From Podarcis liolepis (taxonomy: Eukaryota), in assembly GCA_965112155.1 (NCBI GenBank), contig OZ218104.1: DNA of 64,000 nucleotides; one strand, given 5' to 3'. A program made the position numbers and the translations under genes. Of the stretch, positions 12,233 to 25,302 are shown piece by piece (the stretch's first letter is position 1; every line of letters begins with the position of its first letter). The notes beneath the pieces were generated by a model, which saw only the letters and a program-made list of their open reading frames with translations, ran no database searches and had not been told where the DNA came from.

Positions 12233-13778
12233 GTATAACAGTGATAGCTTTTCACACTTGTGTGGCTAATATTTTCTCCTTTGTAGTTAATACACTCTCT
12301 CTTGCTTCTACCACCTAAGAATTCACTAGTGCTCACTGCAGTGACAAAAACTTACTAGTGGCATGGCACTCTCACAGAATGGTATGAGATTTCAAAGAAG
12401 CAACAGCTCTGTTGAGAACTGTTAAAGAAGAATTTAAATTACCATCATTCTTTAAGCACCAAATAGCAATGTGAAAGTTAGGGAACATCCATAGATAGCA
12501 GTTTTGAAAAGGGCTGTATGTAGATTGAATGCCATTCTAACCTTTGCAGAATGCATGCTCTGGGGTGTTTGTGTTTTGCCTTTCCCTTGACTTTACGTAC
12601 TCTAGAGAAATTGCATGATCAGTAAGCATGACCTTCCAGTAGTAGCAGAGTAGGCCCACAGTGTGGAGGGAAAACACAAAAGGTTCCTGCCTTTTGGGAT
12701 CCGTAAAGAACTTAACAGGCAGAGGAGGAAGTGCATGATCCTACAGCCTGCTCACAATTTCTTAACCATACTTAAAGTGCTTCTAGTTAATGATAAAGAG
12801 TGCAAGACATAGATTGGTGTCCAAGATCATACTTTAACTTGAGTAGCTTAGTTTTTTATTATTAAGTATATTTAATTGATTAAACATGTACTTGGTATTT
12901 GAATTTAACCTTTGAAAATGTCTTTTGTGAAGGCAAAGGCTCTTCTGGGGGGACATATACAATTGTGGGCTGATAAGAATTTCTCGGTGCTATTAATTAA
13001 TACTAATACATTTTATGTGTTTTGTGTTGGGGGCAGGAGGTGGTACTGCACTTGCACATTCTCCTGCTTCCTTAGCAGTTTTTCTTAGCGTCCTCTGACA
13101 TTGTTATTGTGTGGTGCCCACCTGCACTGCAAACATGTCAGCAGCCCAATATCATGTAGAAAGAGTCCACATTGTGTCACCTCCTGATGCAAGCATTGAC
13201 CCAGTTTCCAAGAAAGGTTTTGTAGAAAGGTGGTGTAGATTCTCCCATACAACCTAGGGCTTTTGATGCTATCCTCACAGCACAGGAAAGAACTACAGTA
13301 TTGCAAGTCACATCACAAGGGCCATTAGTGTTGAGGCCTGTCCACCATTTTAAACAAGCATGTTTATAGTCAACAAGTTCATATTTTCTTGGGTCTTGGG
13401 TTTTGAGTGTATTGGTATTAGGTAAACAGCAGTAATCTGGCTTTTGTTGTAATATTGGTGATTATTCACACCACAATTAGCTGTTTTTATAAAAACAGCA
13501 TTTGAAATGTCCAAGTGCTTTTACAGTGTGGATTTGACTAGCATTTTAAGTGTGTGGCTCTTGAGTGATATCTAATTTTGGTTTCTTAACTTTTATTCAA
13601 CACATGGTAAAAACAAACTTAGCCTTCCACATTAAACCAGTGCCAGCTGCTTTGCACTTCTTTCTTTTGCATTGCTGTGACTCCTTTCCTCCTGGTTTTT
13701 TCATTCTTTGGGGTCGGATTTTGGGGGTTTGCCTCACTCTCACTCACTCTCACTAAATCAAAATATATTTCTACTCAG

Positions 13779-13984
13779 CAGTAGCAGTGGTTACACCAGA
13801 CCGAAGCCCACGGCCTACATCTGCACCAGCTATTGCTCAGAGCCATGTAACCGAACCAACTCCTCCAGTTGTATCTGAAAGCAAGGAGCCAGTGGTCACT
13901 AAAGCTGAGAAGGAGAGAAAAGAGGTACAACATGAACAAACTCTGCCAGAGAAAACCAAAACAGAGCCTGCTGAAGGATCCCAG
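13779..13984 (+). CDS. EPB41: EPB41 exon 13 (U2): AVAVVTPDRSPRPTSAPAIAQSHVTEPTPPVVSESKEPVVTKAEKERKEVQHEQTLPEKTKTEPAEGSQ
   Basis: ctactcag| (tandem NAG acceptors) and CAG|gtatgt, 206 nt, phase 1-0; DRSPRPTSAPAI motif of 4.1R. Confidence 0.93.
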
Positions 13985-16659
13985 GTATGTTAGACTACCA
14001 GTGTTAAATTATATATTGTTTGCTTGTGTGTGAGAAAAATAAAAAGTTGAAGGGTCCTTTATGTAGGAGTTCATCTCAGTCAGGGCCTATCCAATACACC
14101 TTGTTGCCAAAAGCAGCCAATAAAGGCGTCTCCTTGGCTCACCAGGGAAAGTATACCCTTATTTCCTCTTTGTTGTGTATTCTGGACATAGGTTAGAGTT
14201 GGAATGGCAGATTACACTACTTGCCCAGCCCTCCTGTCACTGCCTCCTGACACAGGAGAACGCTCAAGCTGAACATTTGTCACAGTTGTCCTCAGTGGCC
14301 AAACAATTCCCACTGTGACTAATATGCCATATGAACCTTGTAACCAATACTTTCCAGTAGTCCTTTCTCTTGTCCTGCCTGACAATTCTGCCTAGGTAGG
14401 GGGATGACTGTACTTTCCAACTCTGCATACCTGCAGCTGGAGAGAGTTGCTCACCCTCTGGCTCTTCTGAGAACACAGAGTCTTTGGGTTCCTTCCAAAA
14501 TGCCTGTGCTCTGTCAGAGGGGTCTACTCTGGTATTCACTGTGGCATTTGCAATCAGTTTGGCTTTATTGGTGTCCCAAGTGACTTTGTGAGTTGCTTGT
14601 TTTGTCATACTTGTTTTGATTTCAGTGCTGCATTTGAAAACAGTGAAACATATTTTACTCCCATTGAAATCTGTAGGAGTTAAGGAGAAAATTTTGTTCT
14701 TAAGTCCCATATTGTGGCTGTACTCAGATGTCCTTTGGGCTTGGTGACAACACTGTTGTGATGAGAGGTACAATCTATTTTCTCCATGAAAAGTTCTGAT
14801 TTTAACACTCTTGTTGCAAAGATATGCAACACTTTATACGAGTGTATAGGGACTTATTTGCTATTACAAATTATGGCCTGCTAGTAAGCAAAACCAAAAT
14901 GTATGGCTTGATCATATGACTTGTAATGACATGGCTTGATTGCCTTTGAAATTCCACTAAATCTGGTCAGTGACCAGGCCTATTCTTGAGCTGAGCTTGT
15001 GCATTTACTGCTGCTGAGGTTTGAACTCAGAATCTTTCAGCAGCTACAGAATATCAGTTTATTTGCTTTCCCTGGATTAACAAGTTCTTTTTATGCTGAC
15101 AATTAGACACAGGTTGATTGTCATTCTTTACATGATATAAGAAAATAAACCCTCCATGATAGAAGCTTCTTAGGAGAGGACTACTTTAGCATTTTTCTGC
15201 TCATCTCTTACATATATTTGTGTAATGTACAGTAGAGCATACACTTCGTTTGTTGGTGTGACTTCAGACGGCCATATGGTATAGTTCTTGTGTTCCTATA
15301 GTTCGGAGAAAGTGGAAAAGACAAATGAAATGAGCAAGGCTTTGTAGCATTAATTCTTAAGCCTTTTGGAAGAGGTTGTGTATTTTAAGCTTAAAGAATA
15401 ATCAGGGGAGGGGAATAGGCAAGAGAGGTTTTTGGAAAAGGTGTGAAATTATTTTCTCAGCTTTGGAACTTGTGGGTCATTGAATGATTATGATTGCCAA
15501 CAAGTTCAGGACACTACAATAGGACGCCCTACGATTTGCACTGCATAATTAGCAGATAATTCATTGTCACCAGATACAGTGATATCAGGGAATGGGTCTT
15601 TCCATTGATCATACTCTACTTGTGAGTTCTGTGGAGCATTTAGCTTCCCACTGATGAGTCAATTCCATCAAGGCATTTTTATGACCCAACAGGAAATCTG
15701 AGAGCCAGTTCTCAGGGTCATTTTCATCTCCATTACAGCGCTTTCCAAGTGATTTGTATGGAGATGGTCACATAAGAACCAGAATCTCCATTGATACACA
15801 TTTTCAGCTATTGCAATACCAGCTGAGAAGGCATTTTCAGTGGAGCCAGAATTGACAGCATGAACCAGTTCTTTATTTGTGTGTATATCCAGAAATAGGA
15901 GTAATTCAGATAAAGTCAGTAAGTTGACAGATAGGAACGAATGGAGTTGATAGCACCACCACACAATGTACATTTATTTCAATCATTGTATCCCAAAGGA
16001 TCATGTAGCTAGATTTTCACATAGTAGGCGTTTAGTCTTCTTTCCTCCACCCGAAAGAGCATATCCGTGTACATATATCATGCTTCACTGCAAACCAGAC
16101 TTAAAATTTGGGAGAGTTTCACAGTTGGTTTATGGTGCAGCACGTGAGTCCACTTTCAGATTGTGCACACAAAAACTTTAATACTAAAAATATCCAGTGG
16201 GGCTTGCATGGGAGCCTCTCCAAAAGCTCCCTCGAAATGTCTTATTAGTATATAACTTTTAAAGTTAGATATTTCCTTAAATATGTGAGAAGAGTTACTG
16301 CCTTACGTATATTACTCTTAAACTGGGAATCAAAAGAACTAGACAACTACTTAGTTATTTGTGATTATATTGATGTTTATTATATGATCACGTGCATGAT
16401 GTTTTGAGTTTGATTGCTTTGTGGTATTTATTCGCAGCTGTTACGAAGCTGCATACAAATAAAATAAATAGTTCCACATGCTCAAGGAACTTGAACCAGG
16501 CCATGTGGGAAACTGTTCAGGGTGGGGGGAGAGTTTAGGCAGTATGTTGTGATATTCTTTCCAGTCTACAAAGGGAGAATAAGTGAAAAAACACACTGGA
16601 TGTGTGCAAGCATTTAGGCATGTTTAAAGTAAATTTTGGGATCTTTGGTATTGATCCTC

Positions 16660-16872
16660 GGTAGTGGCGCCTGCCCCGTGGAACGCCCTCCCATGAGATG
16701 TCTGACTTTTCGACATCTGAAGGCAGCCCTGTTTAGGGACGTTTTTAATATTTGATGTTTTGTTGCTTTTTATATATATTCTGTTGGGAGCGGTGCAGAG
16801 TGACTGGGGAAACCCAGCCAGATGGGTGGGGTATACATAATTTTTTATTATTATTTTATTATTATTATTATT
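16660..16872 (+). mobile_element. LINE (L2/CR1-type) 3' end with (TTA)n tail
   Basis: Same family as 7787-8140 and 48840-48950; ends in TTA repeats. Confidence 0.65.
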
Positions 16873-17236
16873 AGCATTATTAAAATGTATTAACCCTTAA
16901 ATTTGATCAGAGAGTGGATAGGAAAATTGAATCTAGAACTTGTTCCAAAATTGTTTTCTTACTGTATTTTATTTCTCTCTATATATTTTATTTCTGAAAA
17001 ATATCTATAAAAACATTACAAAATGTTAAATACAAAGTAAGTTATGGTGAACTAACAAATTGTCACTGTAAAGGTATGGTGTCACTTATTTCTGTAACTC
17101 TTTAAAATCTGCATGTTACTTAATGCATGCTTACAAATGTTTCAAAAACGACTAGCTGTTTTTGAAACAAACCTGTTTTCAACACCCTACTAACAAAGCA
17201 AAAAAATGTTTTTGCCACTTTATTTTTTTAATGTAG

Positions 17237-17293
17237 GTGGGGAAAGTGCATATCGAAGTGTCAGTACCCACCACAAATGGTGACCAAAATCAG
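17237..17293 (+). CDS. EPB41: EPB41 alternative exon 14: VGKVHIEVSVPTTNGDQNQ
   Basis: atgtag| and CAG|gtttgt, 57 nt; homologous to mammalian VEKTHIEVTVPTSNGDQTQ. Confidence 0.92.
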
Positions 17294-17429
17294 GTTTGTC
17301 TGGTTAGGTTGCTTGTATTCTTTATTTTATTTTTTATTTTTAAGGCTGAAAGATGAAAGTTCCAAAATAAATAAATGAACAATTTTTTCCTCCCCCTCCC
17401 CATTTTTTATATAATCTATCACAAAACAG

Positions 17430-17471
17430 CAGCGTGCAGGAAAAGAGGAAGAACCAATAAGAATGAGGAAG
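17430..17471 (+). CDS. EPB41: EPB41 alternative exon 15: QRAGKEEEPIRMRK
   Basis: aaacag| and AAG|gttagc, 42 nt; ends in IRMRK like mammalian exon 15. Confidence 0.9.
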
Positions 17472-18207
17472 GTTAGCTGTTTCTTCACTTTCATCAAAGC
17501 AAAATTACCATCTCATTCATGCATATTTAAAAAGACAGTGTCCTGGTTGCTTCATGTGCCTTTTAAAAAATCAGTAGTTGTTAATTTATGACACTCTACT
17601 CTGTCCAGATGATTTGGACTAGATTTTATACGTTGCAGATAACAACTTAATTCTTGGCTGCTTATAAAAATCTACTCATCCATCCATGAGAACTGTGAAA
17701 AGTCAGCATTTAAGGAAGTGAAAAATGCTTAACTGCAGAAGTAATATAAGAAGGAACAGATTAAAATATTTCAGATTGCATACATATATTTAAGTATATC
17801 ATTTATTAATATTAATAAATACCGATTTTAACCCAGCAGGACATTCTGATGTCCCATGCAGCTGTATTCCTCAAAATGTATTGCCTTCCATAGAAAGTGC
17901 GTGATCATTTCTTTACTGAGAGAGTGCTCACAACACAAATAGGCCAGTGAAGCCCTAGGGACTGTTTTTTTAAAGGGAACTCATTACATTTCCCCATGAT
18001 TCACGAGCAAAACTTTTCATTTCTCTCAGATTCTTCACATGATCTTGTGGCTCCATACCCTACGCCCCATTGGCATATCACAGCTCTCCGAACATTAATT
18101 TAACCTTTTTCGTTTTCCGATTTGCAAATTCCTGCAACAACAACCTTTTAATTTTTTTTGTGCTTTTTTTTTTTTGTTTGTTCCCCCCCTTTCTTTCACT
18201 TTCACAG

Positions 18208-18270
18208 AAAAGATCAAAGAGACTAGATGGTGAAAACATTTATATAAGACATAGCAATTTAATGTTGGAG
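18208..18270 (+). CDS. EPB41: EPB41 alternative exon 16 (spectrin-actin-binding): KRSKRLDGENIYIRHSNLMLE
   Basis: long pyrimidine tract, cacag| and GAG|gtttgt, 63 nt. Confidence 0.97.
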
Positions 18271-18377
18271 GTTTGTATGAATTTGAAGCTTCTTTCGGTT
18301 GCGTTTGCCTGGACCCTCTGCATTCTTTGCTGAACTCTTTTTCCTCCTCTGCTGCTACATTTGTTCTGTTTTTGTTT

Positions 18378-18419
18378 TGCATGCTGTTGCATGAAGACGT
18401 TGAAATAGGCTTTTGCATG
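18378..18419 (+). promoter_or_regulatory. RBFOX (UGCAUG) intronic splicing enhancer triplet downstream of exon 16
   Basis: TGCATG at 18378, 18388 and 18414; RBFOX2 activation of 4.1R exon 16 through downstream UGCAUGs is established in mammals. Confidence 0.85.
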
Positions 18420-21400
18420 CAATAAACATGACACTATACAGCCATTTTTCCTACCTGTTTATATTTTTCTTCTGTTGAATTTACCTGAAAAATATGTGAT
18501 TGGGATAGTTTTTCACTTGAGTGTTTTCTAAAAGCTCAACGACTTGATTACATGGCTGTCTACAAAAAGTCAAGGGCTACGAGGAACCAAGGAAGTAGCC
18601 AGGTTTTCAGACTTGCATTTTGTGATGCCATTCTATTTCCTGTAAGCCCATTACCAACTTGAGAATAGATATTTAATAGGGTTCTGACAGAACACTAAAT
18701 TTGTGCCCTGATCTTTCTTCAGTGCCTTTTCCTTTAAGATACGATGCATGGGTGACTAACTTGTGTCCACCAGATATTGTTGGACTACAACTCCCATCAT
18801 CCCTGACTATTGGGGATGCCTGGGGTTGATGGGAGTTGAGGGTTCAGTAACATCAGAAGGGCAATACTTCCCCTCCTGGTGTATAGAGGGACAGTTGTTG
18901 GTTATAATAGAAGAATCGCTACAAATTAGGAAATACCAGTAGGGTAATAATTTCATTGGGATTAATGAAGCCATCATAAAGCAGTAAATAAATATTTAAG
19001 ATCCTCATAACTCTTTAGGCACTAAACAAAATAAAAGAAGCGTAGTGGTGGAGGAATCTTCCTGGTGGAAAAGCCCACTCTGTAAGTAGGAAGAGGTGTT
19101 ACCTAGATTTCCAGTGTGAATCTGTTGAGTACAGTAGCCTTACTCCAAAGAAACTACGTATAGGATTGCAGCCTTAAATTAGGGCAGACCATGCATGCTA
19201 TATGCAAAAAGTGGTCTAAGGTTGTACCAAAGAGACCATCAATTGATGTTTTTCCTTTTGAAAGAACAAAAGTAAGCAGTTACTCAGGTTTGGATTTAGC
19301 ACTAACTGGAACTCAGGGTACCTTGTAAGGAAGAGTACAAGAAAAGTATTAGCAGAACTGGATATTTAATTTCATATCCTGCATAAGGGAAAGTCATAAG
19401 GGTTTGTCAGTAGAACCCAAATTGAGTAGTAATACCTAGTGATTGGAGAGTATGCTTGTCTTCCATCCCACCCAAAGTTGCAAATCGCCATCTTCCTCTA
19501 ATTTGAGGATTTCTGTCCTGGGCAGCTGACTTCAAAGCTACCTGCAATTTATGTTTATTTTAGTACCAAGGACTGTTTCCCCCACAAACTAAGCTCTGCC
19601 ATCTTTGTGATTTGCAATATATCTAGTAGAATTACTAGGGAACCATGGTCACAATCCACCAAGCAGTTCCGCTTCACCATTTCCATTCTTTTCAGTTCAC
19701 TGAGCTACACTGAGGCTAGGTGTACTGCATTTATTTTGTGTACTTTAGTTTCTGCTGGGGCATTTGTATGCTCTTCCATTTTTTTATGTAAAAGGACAGG
19801 TACTGCTTTAAAAACTAGTGACAGTGACAGGAGATCAAGCCTAAGGAGCATTCCGAATGCATAATTTTTGGATGATCATTGGAAAGTACCTTGTACCAAG
19901 TCAAACAATTGGTCTACTTAGCTTAGTTGTCTTATGCTAATGGGTAATGCCTCTCTAGGTTTCAGAGATAAGTTTTTCCCAGCCGTACCTGGAGATGACA
20001 GGGACTGAACCTGGAATCTTTTGCTGAAGAACATGTACTCTACCACCAAATTAGTACTAATATGATTCTTGGGAGGTATATTCCATCTCCCCCAAATTAA
20101 CAAATCATTCAGTAGTATTTAAAAGCACTGATATTATAGTAGTTTATGTCTTAACTCTGCAAATAATTTTAAAACCTGGAAATAGAATGTCATCACATAA
20201 GCTTTTTCTCTGAATGCATGTTTTAAAAAGTGTAGACAGCTGCTTCCACACAGCAGAGTGGGGCTATTTTCCTCGCATAGGCCATTTGCTATATTTCAAC
20301 TGATTTAACTTTTTTTGTATTTCTTGTTATTCCAGAACCACTAAATTTTATGTTGCTTTGACTACACAATGTAGATCATGGCTACCTTGCCTTCAGATTA
20401 ATACTGATTAAATTTGTATCCCACAGATCTTGGAAGTGTTGAACATTCCAATCATATATTACTGATATTTGGAGATGTGTGGCTTCTTATACTGACTCCA
20501 TTCTTATGTGCTATGTGTTTTTATCCACATTTACAGAAATAGCAGCTAATAGGAGTTTCGTAAACAGTGTCTCTTCTTTTAAAATGCACTAACTACTTTT
20601 TGAAGTTTAATTTAGTGATTTACAGCTTTTGGGTTTGATTGCTACAGTGCAGAACTTTTGGACATCAGTAAAATGGTCTGTAATCCAGTCAAGAAGAGTT
20701 CTTCTGGCAAGAGGTGGTGAAAATTTCACCCATGATAATTTAGTCTGTCCTTTATCTGATAATTTAATCTATTACCTCCTTCCAGTTGAGGTTTAATAAC
20801 TTCATGCACATGTCTCTTTCCAGTACTGTTACCTTCCCGTAGCCATATAAGGCTCTGTATGATCCAGTGCCTACTACCAACTCCCATTCACATGCCTGGT
20901 CTGACTCTTAACTGTTTTGTTGCAGGTGTTCACTGGTCATCAAATAAAAAACAAAAAACCCTCTAATTATAACCTTGATTGTGGTTATTTTTTTCTTTTT
21001 GACTTTGTGTATCGGACAAGCAAGTTCAGTTCCATCTGATTGTGTTTAGGAAAGAAGAGTGGTCCACTGAAGCACTTGAGCGTTTGTCTTATCAGACCAC
21101 AGGGATGATCACAACAACATTGAAAAGAAGCACACAAGACCTAGTTAAACACCTTATGATCTGCCGTTCTCCAGTTTTCAATTGGTGCAGTTTGTCTTAG
21201 ATTTAAATCACCATATGATCCTTTGAAGCAGTGGCACACTTGATAATGAAAAAATCCCTTTTTGCTCTTTCAGGTGGCATGACCTTGCAATGAAGCCCTG
21301 GCAGCCATGGTCCTTCTCAGAGTAGAACCATTGAAATCATAGAGCATGACTTAACTAATTAATTAATTGTATAGGCTTTTGGGGAGGAGGTAGATCTTGG

Positions 21401-22154
21401 ATTATACAAAACTGCCTCAGAAACTATAAAATCTGGCCATTTAAAATATTTTGGAATAAAAACAACCAAGTTTTGTGACACTTTAAAGATGAATATTTAA
21501 TATATTAAAATTCAATTATCATTTGCAGCAAAAACAACAGACTAAAATGCCCGCATTTCTGTAAATATTTCTGGAGTAAAAAACAGCTTTATGACTAGAT
21601 CTCTTAACATGTAAGAGCAGGGATGGGGAATCTTTTCCCCTTCAGATTTTGCTTGCTTTGTCCATGATCTGGGAAGAAGGGGGTTATATTCCTGCTGGAG
21701 AGTCACAGATTTACTGTCACTGTTAGATTCCATTAGTATTGGGTAACCCTGCTTAATGATGAGGCCCTGTTTATGTTAACTGAAACATCATGCTGTATTC
21801 AATGGGACTTACTCCCAGGAAAGCATGTGTAAGATTGCAGCCCGAATCTTGTTGACATCTTCTTACTCAGTCTAATTATGTCCCAGATTGGTACAAATTG
21901 AATTTAATGGATATTGCAATTAAGTAGAAATATGTCTATTTTTAAGAGCCATTTTACATGGTATAGCCTTCCTTCTGGTTGGATCACTTCAGGGGTCTTA
22001 TGACCCAGCCTCGGAAATTTTTCCTGAAACAAGAGGAGCTTGAGGCGTCTCAACAGTTCCCAAAGCAAAAATATAGTCTAAAGGACAACAACACAAAATA
22101 CCTACCTGGGAGTGTTTACCGCACTCCTGTTCCAAGTCTAACTTGGATCCATTA

Positions 22155-22390
22155 CAGTGGTACCTTGGTTTACAAACTTAATCCGTTCCGGAAGTCCGTT
22201 CTTAAACCAAGGCATGCTTTCCCATAGCAGCGGGGGACTCAATTTACAAATGGAACACACTCTACAGGAAACGAAACATGTTCTTATTCCAAGGCAAAGT
22301 TCAGAAACCAAAACACCTACTTCCGGGTTTGCAGCGTTCTTAATCCAAGTTGTTCATAAACTAAGCTGTTCTTAAACCAAGGTACCACTG
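22155..22390. mobile_element. Tc1/mariner-type MITE
   Basis: TIRs CAGTGGTACCTTGGTTTA / TAAACCAAGGTACCACTG flanked by TA on both sides. Confidence 0.88.
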
Positions 22391-23010
22391 TAATTTGAAT
22401 TAGTTTACTCTGAATAGAACTTAGTTGGATACAGCCCTAATGATTCAGACTTTTCTTGGGGCAGTCTGAATTCTCTTCTATATTAATAAGTGGCTTGGAT
22501 GGCTGTTACACTATCTGGAAACTTCTCATATGTAATTACAACAGATGGCAAATCTAGAAGCCATAATAGAAAGTGTTCAGAGTGCAAGCTAGAACACTCT
22601 CAAGTTCTTGAATTCTTTCAGCCCTTAACTTGCAAGGAGGAACTAGGCCAGTCATATGCCCTACACCAGGTTACAAGGGCTCAGTTCATCTTTCAGAGCA
22701 AAATGCTTCCTGCACATGGAAAATTGCCACATATACTGCCCTGTCTTTCCCTCCCCTTCTAAGTATGATAAATCAATCACACTACTGTGGAAAGTGCAAG
22801 GGGGAAGTAACATAATTTTCTGAATTTAGGTTTGCCAGTGACTTAATTGATTTCTGTATAACCTCTGGCATCCTTCCCGAATTATTTTTTCTTGAATTGC
22901 TTAAATCAATGTATGCTAATGCTTTGCAAAAAAAGGATATGCATAAGCTGCTTTTGTGAAGCTCAGTAGTACAGTATATCATAGAAGCAGACACTAGAGC
23001 CAGCTTCTTA

Positions 23011-23102
23011 CAGCACAATCCTATATATGTCTACTCAGAAGTAAATCCCATTGATTTCAATGGGACTTACTCCCAGGTAAGTTGGTAACAGGATTGCAGC
23101 CT
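23011..23102. repeat. Short palindromic squamate repeat (related copies near 5904-5989, 19110-19173, 21790-21842, 36480-36545)
   Basis: Imperfect palindrome CAATCCT...AGTAAATCCCATTGATTTCAATGGGACTTACT...AGGATTG recurring in the window. Confidence 0.6.
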
Positions 23103-23491
23103 TAAAGAAGCTAACATTATTTATCGTGCATTGGGGATTTATAGTTACTTTTATTTAAAAGTAATTAAACATTGGGTGTGTGTTTGGAGAGACAGTGTTC
23201 AATTAATAGTTCTGAGTTTATTTGTTAATCTAGGTAAGAAGATTTCAAACTGAAAACTACTCAAATGATTCACTGGGGGACACCTATAACTCATTAGAAA
23301 ATTATATCCTTTTATTTTTGAGGAAAGAAGAAAAAGTGATATTCCCAATGTGTGTTTAGTTCAGATTGTGAGTAGAGCTAATGGAGCCTGAGCCACTTAG
23401 TGCGGTGAATTTGATAGTGTGAAGGTGGTAAATGCATGTTTAATAAATTTTTCGCTGGTTTGTTTTTTGGCTTCTTTTTCTTAAATGATAG

Positions 23492-23671
23492 GATCTAGAT
23501 AAACCTCAAGAGGGGATAAAGAAGCATCATGCTAGCATTAGCGAACTGAAGAAGAACTTTATGGAATCTGTCCCTGAGCCACGGCCAAGTGAATGGGACA
23601 AGCGCCTCTCAACTCATTCTCCCTTCAGGACCCTTAACATCAATGGACAGATCCCCACAGGAGTAGAAGGA
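23492..23671 (+). CDS. EPB41: EPB41 exon 17 (SAB): DLDKPQEGIKKHHASISELKKNFMESVPEPRPSEWDKRLSTHSPFRTLNINGQIPTGVEG
   Basis: tgatag| and GGA|gtgagt, 180 nt, phase 0-0. Confidence 0.97.
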
Positions 23672-25251
23672 GTGAGTACTTTACATAGCATGGAACTGGT
23701 GATTTGCTTGGCTTTGCTCTTAACAAAACCAGCTTTTTGTTCTCCAGGGAAGTACAGTGCAGGGTGGGGAGGTGGGTGGAATAAACCAAAGGTAATGCAA
23801 TAATATTTATATTTTTGTTATTGATTCCTGTTCTGTATATTGAGCGAGAATTGTTTTCAGATCTTAGCTGACAGTTTTTTGTCATAGCTTTCAAACCACT
23901 TTGCCTGAAGTAATTCTTTTTCAAATCTTGTGAGACTACTGCTGAAGTCAAGGGGTTGAAAAGTCATACTGTGACAACATAAGGTCTTTTTCGTTATAAC
24001 ACATTTCGTGAGCAAGACCCATGTATATATGTATGTCTCAGTCTTTTACTTTCATAAAAGGGTAACTGTTGGGCTCTCTGAATAATAATCAGCTAGTGGT
24101 TCTGTGTTACTTAGAAAAAAAGAAGTAGCTGGATTTGTTTTTGACATTACTACCAACCTTTGCAGTAAAACTGTAGTTTCAGTGGCTTGGATCCAAAGAT
24201 CTTCTTCCATGTGCAGAAAGTGACTTTCACTTGCAAAAGGACTTGCTTTGTGCTTCACGCTATTATGTTACATGAGAAAACGTCTTTCTAAATTCAGCAA
24301 CGTTCTTCTCGTACAAGAATGTATGCTGTTTCTTGCACAAACAGAAGCAGAATGAGAACCGCTATAGAACCTGCTCATTGTGGACCCCCATGCAAGCATT
24401 GTGGAACAGCAGTTATGTTCCATCGGCTCCTGGTTCTTTGGATCCAACCCAGTAACCTGAATGCAATGTTAAATAGCACTGGCTTAGATTAAATGTTTAG
24501 TTCAGTTTGAACAAATACTTCTTCTAATTTAATATTCAAGGCATCTGGCATTTTAAATATTGAGTGAACTTAGAATGTCCAGAAATTACAGTTTGGTGTT
24601 TGTTTAGTGAGGAGATGAGAGGGTATTTTTCAGCTGATTACAATTACGTTTACATTGAAAGATAAAAATATGAATGGATTGATCCTTGTTGATGATAGTG
24701 AAACAGCACACAAAACTTTAAATGTTTGGCTGGGAGTTCTGATTAAAGTAAAGTTTATGCAAGATGTTGTTGAAGCAGACGTTGCAAGTATTGCTTTTGT
24801 AAGAGCTGGATATGTGCAAATTGAATTGTTGATACATTCCCTCCTACAACAGTGGTTATTGTGACTTGAGGGCAATGTTTGAGAATGCTTATTCATTTCC
24901 CAAGTTTGTCTTCCATGAACTGTGCAAATGATCATAGAATTGTAGAGTTGGAAGTAACTCCAAGGGCCATCGAGTAAAACCTCCTGCAATTCTAGAATGT
25001 GCAGATGGCCAATATAGGGATCGAACATTAGACTGGTGGACTTTTCAAGAATTGTAATTAACAATTGTAATAAGAGGCACCTGCAGACAACTACATCTTG
25101 TCTGTAGATGTCTTATGTGGAAGGAAGGCTACCTTTTTATTGTTGCAGTAATCTTGGTAATCTGTACAGTGGGGCTGTGATACTATTATTACTATTGTTA
25201 TTATTCTACATCACAAAACAACTGAACTTTTCATACTTTGTGCATGTCCAG

Positions 25252-25302
25252 GTCAAGCAAGCCACATTTCAGTCCTATGAGAGACAGGTTGGTGGGCCAG
25301 AG
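25252..25302 (+). CDS. EPB41: EPB41 alternative exon 17A: VKQATFQSYERQVGGPE
   Basis: tgcatgtccag| and GAG|gtaaag, 51 nt, phase 0; size and the ...VGGPE end match the recalled mammalian 17A. Confidence 0.85.

Noticed and set aside
14264-14773. 169-aa minus-strand ORF
   Set aside because: Antisense intronic ORF with no motif or homology; likely chance
15302-15340. Purine-rich segment after cctatag as an extra exon
   Set aside because: In-frame TGA in phase 0 and no GT donor
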